The notes beneath the pieces were generated by a model, which was given only the letters and a program-made list of their open reading frames with translations, was not told where the DNA came from and ran no database searches. A DNA stretch of 64,000 nt from Lama glama (Eukaryota), in contig CM052817.1 of the NCBI GenBank assembly GCA_028534125.1, forward strand, positions 105,154,001-105,218,000, given 5' to 3'. A program made the position numbers and the translations under genes. How positions within the stretch are numbered: position 1 is the stretch's first letter; each line of letters starts with the position of its first letter. Of the stretch, positions 52,150 to 64,000 are shown in pieces.

Positions 52150-54200
52150 AGTAATGCTGGCCTGGTAGAATAGTTTTGGAAGTATATTTTTCCTCTTCAA
52201 CTTTTTTGAATACTTTGAGGAGAATGGGTATTAACTCTCTTTAAATGTTTGACGCAATTCACCTGTGATTTCATGTGATAATGGGCTTTTTGTTTGTTTG
52301 TTCTCGAGAGTTTTTTGATTACTGATTCAATTTTATTACTAGTTATCAGTCAGTTTAGATTTTCTATTCCTTTTGATTCAGTCTTGGAATACTGGACATT
52401 CCTAGGAATATTTATTTCTTCTAAGTTGTCCAATTTGTTGACATACTGTTGTTTATAGTAGTCTCATGATCTTTTGTATTTCTGGGATGTCAGTTTTAAC
52501 CTTTATTTATAATTTTATTTACTTATGTTCTCTCCTTTTTTCCTTGATGCATCTGGCTATTAGTTTATAAATTTTGTTTATCTCTTCAAAGAACCAGCTC
52601 TTAGTTTCATTCATCTTTTCAATTGTTTTTTATTAGATCCCCATTTGATTTATTTCTACCCTGATCTTTAGTGTTTCCCTTTTTCTGCCAACTTTGGACT
52701 TTGTTCTTTTTTTTTCAGTTCCTTCAGGTGTAAGGCTAGATTGTCTGAGATTTTACTTGTTTCCTGAAGTAGCCTTGCATCACTGTAAACTTTCATCTTA
52801 GACCTGCTTTTGCTGAGTCCCATAGATTTTGGAAGACTGTGTTTCCTTATTCATTTCTTTCGAAGTATTTTTTATTTTCTCTTTGACTTCTTCATTGATC
52901 CATTGATTACTTAGAAGTATGTTGGTTAGCCTCCATATGATTTTGTTTTTTCAAATTTTTTTCTTGTAGTTGATTACTATTTTTATACCATTGTGATCAG
53001 AAAAGATGCTTGATTTGATTTCAATTTTATTAAATTTATTATGACTTGTTTTGTGACATCATGTGATCTTTTCTGAAGAATTTTTCATGTGTACTTGGAA
53101 AAAATGAGCATTTTATTTTTCTTGGGTATAATGTTCTGTTTATATCTGTTCAGTCATTTAAAGCCAGTGTTTATTGAGCTTATGTCTGGATGATCTACTC
53201 GTTGACAGAAGTGGGTGTTAAAAATCTCTTACTAATATTTTATTCCTGCCAATATTGCCCTTTATGTCTGCTAACACCTGTTTTATGAATTTTGGTGCTT
53301 ATAAGTTGTTTACATAGATAATTACAAGAGCCGCATCCTCTTGTTGGATTGATGTCTTTATCATTTTGCAATGCCTTTCTTTGGTCTTGTTATAGTCTTT
53401 GTTTTAAAGCCTATTTTGTCTTAGATGCAATGCTGCCCTAACTTTCTTTTTGTTTGTGTTTGCATGATATCTTTTTCCATCTCTTTCTTTTCAGTCTGTG
53501 TGGGTCTTTAGATTTGAAATGAGTTTCATTGGCAGCATGAAGATGAGTCTCTTTTTTTTTTCAATTTATTTGGCTACCTTATGTATTTCGATGTCAGCAT
53601 TTAGTCCATGATGTTTAAAGTACTTAAGTATTGGTAGGTATGTCCTTTTTTTTTTATCATTTTGTTCATTGTGTTCTGGATGCTTTTGTAGTTTTTCTCT
53701 GTCCCTTTCTCACTCTCTTATTCTGTTTCCTTCTGATTGATGACTTTTTAGTGTTATATTTATATTCCTTTCTTTTTTTATTTTTTGTATCTGTTACAGG
53801 TTTGTGGTTTGTGGTTACCATGAGGTTTTTATATAACAACCTAAGCATTTAGGAGTCTGTTTTACATTGATGGCCACTTTCCTTCGAGTGCATTGCAAAA
53901 ACATTATATTTTTACTTCTTCCCTGCATGTTGTGTTTGTGATGTCGTATTTTACATCTTTTTATTTTGTGTACCGCTTAACTAACTATTCTAGATATCAA
54001 TGACTTTATTGCTTCTGTCTTTTAACTTTTACATGAGCTTTTCAGTTGTTGGATCTACTACCAGAGCCAGGTGTCCAGAGGTATCCCCTGTGCAGGCTGC
54101 ATGTGCCCTTCCGTTGTGGTTGGGCTGTGACTGCTGTCAGCATGTTGGTGGATGGGGTTGGCTCCTGGCCTGGCTAACTGTGTGGCTCAGCCCTGACTCT
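52150..54200 (-). mobile_element. L1 5' half of ORF2 and upstream region, degenerate
   Basis: Antisense ORF2 motifs (TTCAAAGAACCAGCTCTTAGTTTCATT, GTCCCATAGATTTTGG, GATCAGAAAAGATGCTTG). GC-richer 5'UTR-like piece at 54060-54200. Confidence 0.88.
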
Positions 54201-54409
54201 GTTTAAAGAGCCATTATTTACCATAAAACTAGAATATGCAACAGCTGTTTGAAATGAACACAAAATGAAGAATTGTAACATCATGAACAGATTTTCTTTC
54301 TTATTAACTTGTGGTGGTTTCTGGAACCAGCTTGCATTTCTTTTGAAAGTTGATTGGGGGAAAGGATGTAAGCTATATTGTGTCTATATGGTGGAATTAG
54401 TTAGATCTT

Positions 54410-54600
54410 TTTGTAATTCTGGCTCTATCATTCCTTAACTATATAACCTTGGACAATTTATTCAACTTTTCTTGGGCCTCGGTTTCTCATATGCAGAATT
54501 ATATAATATAATTGCATTTGCCTTGTAAAGATTCATTTTTTTAATTAAATACTGTTTGTAAAAGACAACATAATACCTTGGAATATAATAAGCTCTTGCT
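54410..54600 (+). mobile_element. MIR SINE
   Basis: ACCTTGGACAATTTATTCAACTTTTCTTGGGCCTCGGTTTCTCATATG. Confidence 0.75.
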
Positions 54601-56749
54601 GCAACCAGAGTGATGTCTTAGCCAGGAGAAAGCATTGCTTAATTTTACAGTCTATCAATAACTTCCCCAACATCTACTTAGCTTGATATTCTCTGCAGCT
54701 TTTAATCCACTGGAGTCACTGAAATATAATATATGCTATAAGAAATATATGTGTGTATCATAGAACAGATTGTGTAGCACATTTATATATTTATTTGTAT
54801 TATGTTATATTGTACTATTGAATCAGATATAAATCTGATTTGAGAAAATGGATGGATTCAGCTTAATGGTATTACCATTTAATAATGGATCAATCACACA
54901 TGCACTTAAGTTTTCCATATATTTTTGTAGGTACTCATCCTAAGAACTATTAGTGTAATTTCAGATTGCTAATAAAAAAAGTCACTGCATCTTTTAAAAC
55001 ACTTTTCAAACTTAAAGCTAATACTGATTTAAAGAACAAAGCAAAATAAATAAAAGGAAAATATTCTATGTATTTATATTTCACAAAAGTAGACATCAGA
55101 AATCTTCTAATGTCTCTGAACAGTAAAACTGTGTGGTGTGTGGGGTATGCGTGTGTCTGTATGCGTATGTGCGTGTATGTGTATGTCCTTTTTCAAGGCA
55201 TTGTTACTTGAAGTGTGAGACAGGTTTGGTTCAACACAAACAAAGCACTGGGTAAACAGTGATACAAATTCACATTGTCATTTGGCTCACCATTGACTCT
55301 CTCAATTAGATTTTTTTCCTGAATTTTTAAGTTTAAATTAAATATTTTTTGTTTAAATTAAATATTATAGAAAAGCGCAAATACAAAGTTAGATAAACTT
55401 GAGACTGTAGTGAGTTAAGGTAGGCATGGCCTGGTGGGGATACAAAGCTCTCTATCATCTTGTCACCTTTCTCTCTACTGTTTCCCCAGAAAATGCATCG
55501 GCAAACACAAAACGTGAGCTTAGCTGATGTTAAGTTGAGTTCAGAAAGCAGAATGATTCCAAACACTTCTGAAAGAGTGAAAAACTAGGGTATGATACTG
55601 AGTTCCTTTGTCCTGAAATGCTGTTTGAAATATGTTTATAGTGGTTTTTAAGAGGGTCTCCCTGTTTATTACTGTATGTCTTAGATGACTATTTAAACCT
55701 TTTCAATGTTTTTAGAAACACACACAGTCACACACACAATCAGGAACCCGGGTTTCAGGCTTAAGTTCTCTCCAATTTCTGGCTTGGATTTCTGAGGTTA
55801 AGATGGGTTACCTGAGTCGAGAACGCTAGCTGATTGAGATGTTTTCTGGGTCATTTTTCCGCCTTAAAGGATTAGGCAATAGATCTCATGATGCGTTCCT
55901 AAAAAATCTAATTACTGTCTTCCTCCATATATTGAAAATCTCTGAGCAGATGTACATTTTTTTTTTCTTATTTCATGTGGACATCTCTGTCTCTGCAACT
56001 CCTTGTTTAAGTTTTGATTACTTGGCCAAACTCCCTCTGAGTATTTGGAGTCAAGTTTACTTCGTGCACTTTTAAGGCCTAAATTTATCTTGTCTCCAAG
56101 TGAATGCCGTAATTTGACTAGACAGTCTCTGAAATCTATCCTAGTATTAACATTTTGTGATTCTAAGTTTTTCTATTACTTTATTTATTGAGGAACAAAA
56201 TTATGTATGACTGTAAATGATACCATATTTTCCTAATGGTTAAATTAATGTTTTCCTATAAATAATGTTGCTCTTTTTTTTTTTTTGAGGGGAGATGATC
56301 CATTTTTCCAAGTTCTTAAAGAACACATTACTGCTGTCTTAAATGTTGATGAAATATCAAGGAGCTTTTGGTGTAGGAAAAAATCTGTATAGATGTTTTG
56401 GACAGAACCAAATTTTAAGGACATTTTGGCATGGACCGAATGTCTCCATGGATGTTTTGAACAGGACAAGAAGTTCAGTAATGAAGGGAAATCCTTCTGC
56501 ATTTTTATGTTTATATTTTTATTGCTTCAACCACTTTTATATGCTAATGAAAAAAAGTGAGGGAATTTATGTTCTATGATCCCCTCTTCAGGGCTTAATG
56601 CATATTCCCATTTGTGCGTAATAGTGTTAACTTAAATCTAACTAGTAAAACCCAGAGCCATTCTGTGTACCTTACAAATTGGCACTCCCCTGATGTTTAC
56701 TGTCTTAGAAGAATAACAGAGTAAGCAAGAAGGGAAGCACTCAACTCCA

Positions 56750-56975
56750 ACTATTAGAATTCAAAATTTAGCTTTGCTGTTTAATAGCTTCCTGTCTGTT
56801 AATGTTACTTATTTTCTGTTTATTCCAATTGTCTTATCCATAAACAGTGAAAATGACAAGATGTATTTCAAAGTTGTTGTTTTTCCTTGTAAAGAGTAAT
56901 CACTATAATTAATGTAATGTACTTAAGCTGTTTCCAGAACATTGTTAGCATTCAGTAAATATATAGCATTATTAT
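56750..56975 (+). mobile_element. MIR SINE (decayed)
   Basis: TAATGTAATGTACTTAAGCTGTTTCCAGAACATTGTTAGCATTCAGTAAATATATAGC resembles the MIR 3' end. Confidence 0.55.
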
Positions 56976-58447
56976 CAACCCATTTGTCCTAGTGGATTAA
57001 AGCAGCACCTTCTACCTGACGGATACACGAGGAAATTGCAGCTTGTTTATTTTATGCAACTAACTTTATCTTTCTTACATGTCGCCCTTCCAATTCCTCA
57101 TCCAGGTAATTGTAGGAAAAAACCGAACATGTGTACATGTTTGTTGCTTTTTGTTTAACTCTAAGTGTGGTTTAATACCTTCTTATTATTTTCTGATTTT
57201 AAATAGACTTACTCAAGTAGCTCAGTGTCTTTTAAATATCAGAGGTTGCTTTTTCCCCCTCGTCCTTCTCTCCTAATTCCCCAAATGGCAAGTGAGTATG
57301 AAAGGTATGTATTTTGGTAGCAAGGGAGAGAAGGAGGCATCCATGCTGACGGTACAGAAGTTTGTGCTGTCATCTTCTAAGAAGTGTGTAGTCTGCAGTC
57401 ACCTTTGAACTGCTAGTCGGCTGGGTACCTCTGGGTCCACCTGGTTTTGGCAATGCTATGTCACACCCATCCCAGAAGCCCATGATCCCTTCCCTAGTCA
57501 TAGTACCTCCACTCATTAAAGCTGCTTCTTTCTGTCCCAGCCATTTACACGTCCGCATCACCTTTATATATTCCTAGAAAGGCAATCTGGTTCTTCCAGA
57601 CCCCCTGCCCATCATACATTGGCCATGGAAAACCTCAATTCATATTATGCCCGTGTTTACCCAACATAGAATTTTTAGCACAGCTAACACCAGTATTCCT
57701 CCAGAGTCCTTGCAACACCTTCTAGCTGAGGATGGGGAGAAGCAATCCTGTAGTCCCAATATATATTTTCTCCATTTCTAAAATCACTGCTTCCAAGTTT
57801 GGGCCCTAAAGGAGAAACAAAGATGTAGGTTGTTGGTAGTGATGAAATCGACGTCTTTCATTTTTGTAATACCTTTATTTCCTCTTCACTCTGTTGTCCA
57901 TATTTATTTTCTCTTTTTGGAAGATACTTCCCTATGTTATCGATTTCTGTTTTTTTCCCAAGGTTGTGAAGACTTACAGTGTATACTTAAAGGTGAAATG
58001 TCTAATTTAGATGCAAGGAAATATCTAAATGTAGCGTTAACCTAACCATAGTTACCCTTAATCCTCTAGATGCTTATAAAATAGCATCACTAAGCAATCA
58101 CCTTCACTCATCAGCTGTGATATTCTGTTTATTCTGTGTCATACAGATCCCTGGGATCCATTTGTTTCATTCTATTCTCATTTTCATAGCCTTATCAAAA
58201 GCCTGAATTAGATCTTAACTAGATTATTGTATTCATGATATTGTCACCAATCTACTTTATTTCTAATGCATCTGTTCACTAAGTAATTTATCTACTAGCT
58301 TGCTTAACTACCTATCATGTATAGCAAGGAAAACTGACACAAATACCAATAAATAACCAGCTAGTAACATAACTGAGTAATAAGAGTCATGTAATAAGAG
58401 AGTAAGAAGCACACACTTTATCTTAACAGAGTAAAATTGTGGGAAAA

Positions 58448-58625
58448 CAGTGTTGCTAGATCTCCTGATTTTTCAAGGTAAGATTGGCATTTTTATTTTT
58501 ATGAGAAGTTTCCCAATGTCTGAATCTTTGCAACTAGTTCAGAAATGGTTAAACACATCTCGTAAAGCAATAAAATATCTGTAGTTAAAATTCAGCCCAA
58601 GCAAGGATCAGTTGTCGAAATCCAA
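58448..58625. mobile_element. hAT-Charlie MITE fragment (MER103C-like)
   Basis: CAGTGTTGCTAGATCTCCTGATTTTTCAAG...TTTTATGAGAAGTTTCCC...TTGCAACTAGTTCA. Confidence 0.55.
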
Positions 58626-59721
58626 CCCACAGAACAAAGTGGCATTATTCCCCCGACACGGCCTCAGCCTACACTTACAAAACCTCTTGTCCTATTCCTT
58701 AACATATATATTCAACACTGCAATTAAACCGTGTCATTCCCTCCCTGTGCACATACTTATTTGTGTGTATCCGTTTTTACACACGTTGATCTCCCTGTTT
58801 ATATTGCGTTTCACCCTGCAGAATTTCCTTGAATGAAGTAATGATTGTCTCCTAGTACGCTGTTAACCAGCTGTTTACCTGTGCACCTGAGATAATTTTC
58901 CATAGGGCTTTATGATGTAACATCATTCCTTTGAAGAACACTCAAATGCCAGCTTCACTCGACTGTCAACACTTCAAGTCAGGGCTGGGCTGTATTCATC
59001 TTTATTTCACAACTTTCAGGTAACAACCCACAGAGAAAAAATGCTCATCATGAGAGAAAACAGGCTCCCGGCGATGCTGGAAAACACAATGAAGCCTTAG
59101 AAGTGCTTCTGCCCTTGAAAGCCTCAGAGCAAGCATCAACATGCCCAGCCGCTCATGGTGACCCAAGAACCCCCATGCCCACGCCAACCATGTAGCATCA
59201 GCCTACAAATTCTAGTGATTTTTCATAATGGTATGAACTTTATTTTCCATATCCGCTGCCAACACTGGAGTTTAGTCCCCAAATTATCTTCTTTATTCCA
59301 GCCTGCCTTAGCCTCTAACCTCCTCTAGAATGTTATTAGGCTATACCTCTGCTTAATAGTCATTGGTGTCTATCTTGACTTTAATGTCATCTCCAGTGAG
59401 ACCTTAACTCATTTCCCTGGTCCAAGGATGCAATGTGAAATTGTATAAAGTATGTTCTACATAATCACCTGTCTACAGAGGTACTGGGGGGTGGGTAGAA
59501 GTTGAGCTTACAGTATGTCACTTGGGAAGAAAAATCTTCCCTAATTAGTCTATGCAAATGGAGTACCTATATCTAATAACTTGGGCAAAGGTGTTAATTG
59601 CAATTTATCCACATGCAAGGGCAAAATTATTACATTTTCATAATGTGATAGCATGTGTTAGCCAGGGGGATCTATTCTGATAGGTTCCTAGCCTTTTTGA
59701 TCAAGTATTTGCCCCTCTTCC

Positions 59722-62700
59722 TTTTTTTTTTAATTGAGATATAATTTACACAAAATGAAAGGCACACATGTTAAGTGAACAATTCAATGAGTTTGGATTC
59801 CAATATAAACAGCACTCCAGTCAAGCTGTACAACAAATTTGTCAGCTCAGAAAGTTTCCTTGCACTCTCCTCTAGTCAATACCCATTTTTCAGAGAAAAT
59901 CATTATTTTGACTTCTATCACCACAGATAACTTCTACCTGTTTTTACTCTTCAAAAAAAGAAATCATATGTATTCTTTGTGTCTAGTCTCTTTCATTCAG
60001 CATAATATTTTTGAGATTTACCCATGTGTTTGTATTCATTACTAGTCTGTTCATTTTCATTGCTGTGTAGTATTTCTTTGAAGGCATATGCTAAAATTTG
60101 CTTGTCTGTTCTCCTATTGAAAAGCATTAGGGTTGTATCTAGACTGGGGTGCTTGGGAATCAAGCTGCTCTACACTTCTGTCTATGATTTTTCTGTGGAC
60201 ATGTTTTTATTCCTCTTGAGTAAAAATTTAGGAGTAGAATAGCTGGAATATAGGGTAGACAACTGTTTGATTGTATAAGAATCTGCCAAACAATTTTCCA
60301 AAGTGACTGGACCATTTGACATTCCCACATAAAATGTATAAGAGTTCAGGTTCTCCACATGCTTACCTGCATTTGATATTGTCAGTCACTAATTTGTCAC
60401 TCTAGTAGGGGTGATTTTGCATTTATGATTTTAATAATCATAGGATGATTAATTACATTTATTAGCTTCTCTCTCTCTCTGTGTGTATATATATATGTAT
60501 GTATGTGTATATGTATATATATATATATATAAGCCTTTTATAAGTTGTGCAAATATTTTTCCATTTTTAAAAATTATCTTTTTTTATTTTTGATTTGTTA
60601 AAGATATTTATATGTTCTGGAATTTTTTTTTTTTTTTAGGAAAACTCCATCCTCCTCCAGTGTGTCTCCTTCACTCTCACTATTACTACACTTACAACAC
60701 CAGATGTGTGGGATTTTTTCCCATACAAGGTAATTCTCTGACACCAGATGGGTGTACTGCAATTCAATTCTGATGCTATAACCCTGGAGTTAATGGTCAT
60801 ATCCCACAAGTCAAGATCTCAGTCCTACCTCTCACTTCAGAGGTTAGCCACAAGTCCAGGTTGTCACCTGTGCTTCTGACCAACCAGTCATATGCTGGAG
60901 GTCCCAGCAACCCTCTCCTTCGGTTTGATTAATTTGCTAGAGTAGCTCACAGCAGTTGGAAAATACTTACTTACTAGAGTCCTGATTTATCACAAAAGGA
61001 TGTAAGTCAGGAAAAACCCAGATGTATGGGGAAAAAGTGTGGAGCTTCCATGCTCCCTGAGAACACACCACTCTCTCTAAATCTCCTTGTGTTCACCAGT
61101 CTGGAAGCTCTCTGAACTCCATCTTCTTGGGTTTTTGTGAAAGCTTTATTACCTAAGCCTGTTTGAGTAAAATCACTGGCCATTGACAATTGAACTCAAT
61201 TCTCTGCCCTTCTCTCCTCCAGAGAGGTTTGTGGTGGGACTAAAAATTTCAACCTTCTAATCATTTAATTGGCTCCCCTGGCAGACCTCCATCCTTAAGT
61301 GTTTTCCAAAAGCCACCTCATTTTCATGACAAAAGACAATTTTATGGCTCTTACCACTTAGGAAATTCCAAGTTTTAGTTGCTCTGTGGAAGGAATGAGG
61401 ACAAAGGCCAATGATATATTTCTTAGTATAAATTGTGCATATCGAAGTTCTTTGTCAGATATATATATGTATTACAAATAATTTCTCCCAATGTGTGACT
61501 TGTTTGTTTTAAATGCATGACTTTTTATGGCAAGAAATTTTTAATTAAAATGAAGTCAATTTTGCAATATTTTTGTTTGATGATTAGTGCTTTTTTCACG
61601 TTCACTCTAAAAAATCTTGGCCTCCCCCAAGGTTGGAAAAGTGTTTTTTTTTTAAGTCTTGTGCTAAAATCTTTATACTTTCACCTTTATGTTTAGATTG
61701 ATGATCCATCTTAAATAAATTTTATATGTAGCATGAGGTAGAAGCTAAGATAATTGTTTTATATTTTCATCCTTTTTCTTCAACTTTTTTCTGCGTGTTT
61801 GATTTTTGTTGTAGTTGTTTTTCTTGAATGTTCTTATGACAAAAACCCTTGGCTTTAAATGTATAAGGCTGTGATGGTCATTTTGTTTTGCTCCATTGAC
61901 CTATATGTCTATGTTTATGACAATAATACACTGTCTTATTTATTATAGATCTAGAATTTATGGTAATTATTTATAATAATTTTGTTCTTCCTTTATAAAT
62001 TACAGTAAATGTTTATATTTTATTCAAATTTTTCTTCCTTTATTATTGTATTAGGTGTTTCATTTGTTATAAATTTTAGAGTCATCTTGTTAAGTTTTAT
62101 TGGGAAGAAAGAAAGAAAGAGAAATAGAAAGAAAGAAATAAGCTATTGGGATATGATTGGGATTGGGTTGAATATATAGACCAGCATGGGAGGCCTAACA
62201 TCTATACTTGATTTCAGAGTCCTATTCATATACGTTATGTACCTCTCTTTTTTTAGGTCTTCTTTCATTTTTAACATTAATGTTCATGATCCTTAGTTTT
62301 TGATATAGAGGTCCCTAACATTTGATACAATTATTCATAATTATGTTTTTGAATGCTGTAGTAAATATAATTATTTTAAACTGAATTTTAATAGTTGTTT
62401 GTTTATAAATATACAATTATTATTACAATTATTATCATTATTATTGTTGATTTCGGATATGTGTATATTGATATTATATGCTGGGACCTAGATAAGTTAG
62501 CATTCTATTTGTGGTAAATTAAAATTTTTTTGGGGAATTTTGTATATAATCTTATTAATTGTGAACACGGGCAGTTAAAACCTTCCCTTCTGTGCATTTT
62601 AAATATGTTTATTTTTGCCATCTTGTGTTGATTGGATTCCAGTACATTGTGAAATAGAAATTGTGGTAACAAATTTATTTGCTTTTCTCCCCTGATAAAA

Positions 62701-63675
62701 GATAAAGCATTCTATATTTCACCATTAACTAAAATGTTGGTCTTAGTTTAGTTTAGCTTTTTTATTTGTTTTAATAGATGTTCTTTATCAGATCGAAGAT
62801 ACACATTTTGATGTTTTCTCACAGAAATTGCCTATTTCATCTAAGTTGTTAAATATACTGGCATAAAATTGTCCTTAAGGTTTTCTTTTTATCCTTGTAT
62901 TGCGTATATTTTTTCTCTTAAGACTTCTTAAATCCCTCATATTTAAGAATGGTTTTCCTTTATTTCTTGATTAGTCTTTTAGGAGCTTAAGAGTTTTATT
63001 AATCTTTTTAAAGAATCATCTTTTTGCTTTATTAATTTTTCCATTATTGTTCCCTTTTATTTTTTTTTTCAGTCCTTAATATTTATTTTCTTCCTTCTAA
63101 CTTCTCAGGGTTTAATTTGCTTTTTTTTTCTAGTTTCTTAAGGCGCAGAATTTATATAATTAATTCTTTTCTAATATAAAACTTACAGTTACAACTAAAG
63201 TTTATTTTTAAACACTGGTTTACTGCACTCTATAATTTTGATTTGTTGTGTTCAGTTTGAAATAATTTCTATTTTTCCTTGGGATTTCCTTTTTCAAAAT
63301 TTGATTTATATTAAAAGTATGTGGTTAATTTCCAAATATTTGTGGATTTTCCATATATGTACTGTAATTGACTGCTAATTTAAGTTGTTGTGCTCAGAGA
63401 AATTGCTCTTTAAGATTTCACTCTTGTAAAACTTTTTCAGACTTCTTTAATGGCCTAACATATAGTCTATGAAAAACCTTTAATTCTTTTAGGCTTTACT
63501 CATTTATTTAGATTTTCTATTATCACAGACTTTCACAGTGAGAATTATTTCTTCCTGATGACTTTACATTTTAACATTATCGTAAGTTCCTCTTTTCATC
63601 TGAACACTATTTCTTGCCTTGAAGTCTACTTTGTCTCATATTAATATAATCACACCAGTGTTCTTGCACTTATTG
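59722..63675 (-). mobile_element. Old L1 (L1M-type), 3' end and decayed ORF2
   Basis: TTTTAATTGAGATATAATTTACA...GAATCTGCCAAACAATTTTCCAAAGTGACTGGACCATTTGACATTCCCAC...GGGATTGGGTTGAATATATAGA. Confidence 0.85.
60638..61445 (-). mobile_element. MER21-like solo LTR nested in L1
   Basis: CACCAGATGTGTGGGATTTTTTCCC...GTTTGATTAATTTGCTAGAGTAGCTCACAG...CTTAGGAAATTCCAAG match MER21B/C in reverse. Confidence 0.85.
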
Positions 63676-64000
63676 TTAAAGAATATATTAATTTACAATT
63701 GGAAAGAGCTTACAAAAACGCTTGGCAAATAGTCAGGGCTACATAAGAGGAAAGTAAATTCACAATTTCCGATGATCGCTTTTACTCCATATAAACCAGT
63801 CTACATATTATCCCCTTCCCACTTTGTTCTCCCTCACAAAAGCCATTCCCCTGGTGTAATTCCCTACTTGGAATTTTTCCTGAGTCTTACTCATTTTTCT
63901 ACAGTATTTCCTCTTTCCATGAAATTGTTCAAAAAGTGGACTTCCCCTTCTCTAAGCCTTATAGCCCCTAGCATCTCTCCCTCACTCACACTTGTCATTT

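Overview
This is AT-rich, CpG-poor mammalian DNA, most likely from a camelid. That call rests on two tRNA-derived SINEs resembling camelid Vic-1, artiodactyl-type L1 3' ends, and no bovid, suid or primate SINEs that I could recognise. I found no intact protein-coding gene or convincing exon. The window is dominated by interspersed repeats: young and old L1s, an L2, MIRs, MaLR/ERV solo LTRs, a decayed ERVL gag-pro-pol region and hAT MITEs, plus two 500-N scaffold gaps. The standout feature is a ~1.28 kb composite at 33272-34551. It has both ends of the DNA transposon Tigger1, with TA on each flank, and the transposase interior is replaced by ~760 bp of beta-tubulin coding sequence with no poly(A) or retro-TSD. 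This suggests a Pack-TIR-type gene-capturing DNA transposon. Repeat family names come from remembered consensus sequences, and boundaries are approximate unless a TSD is given.
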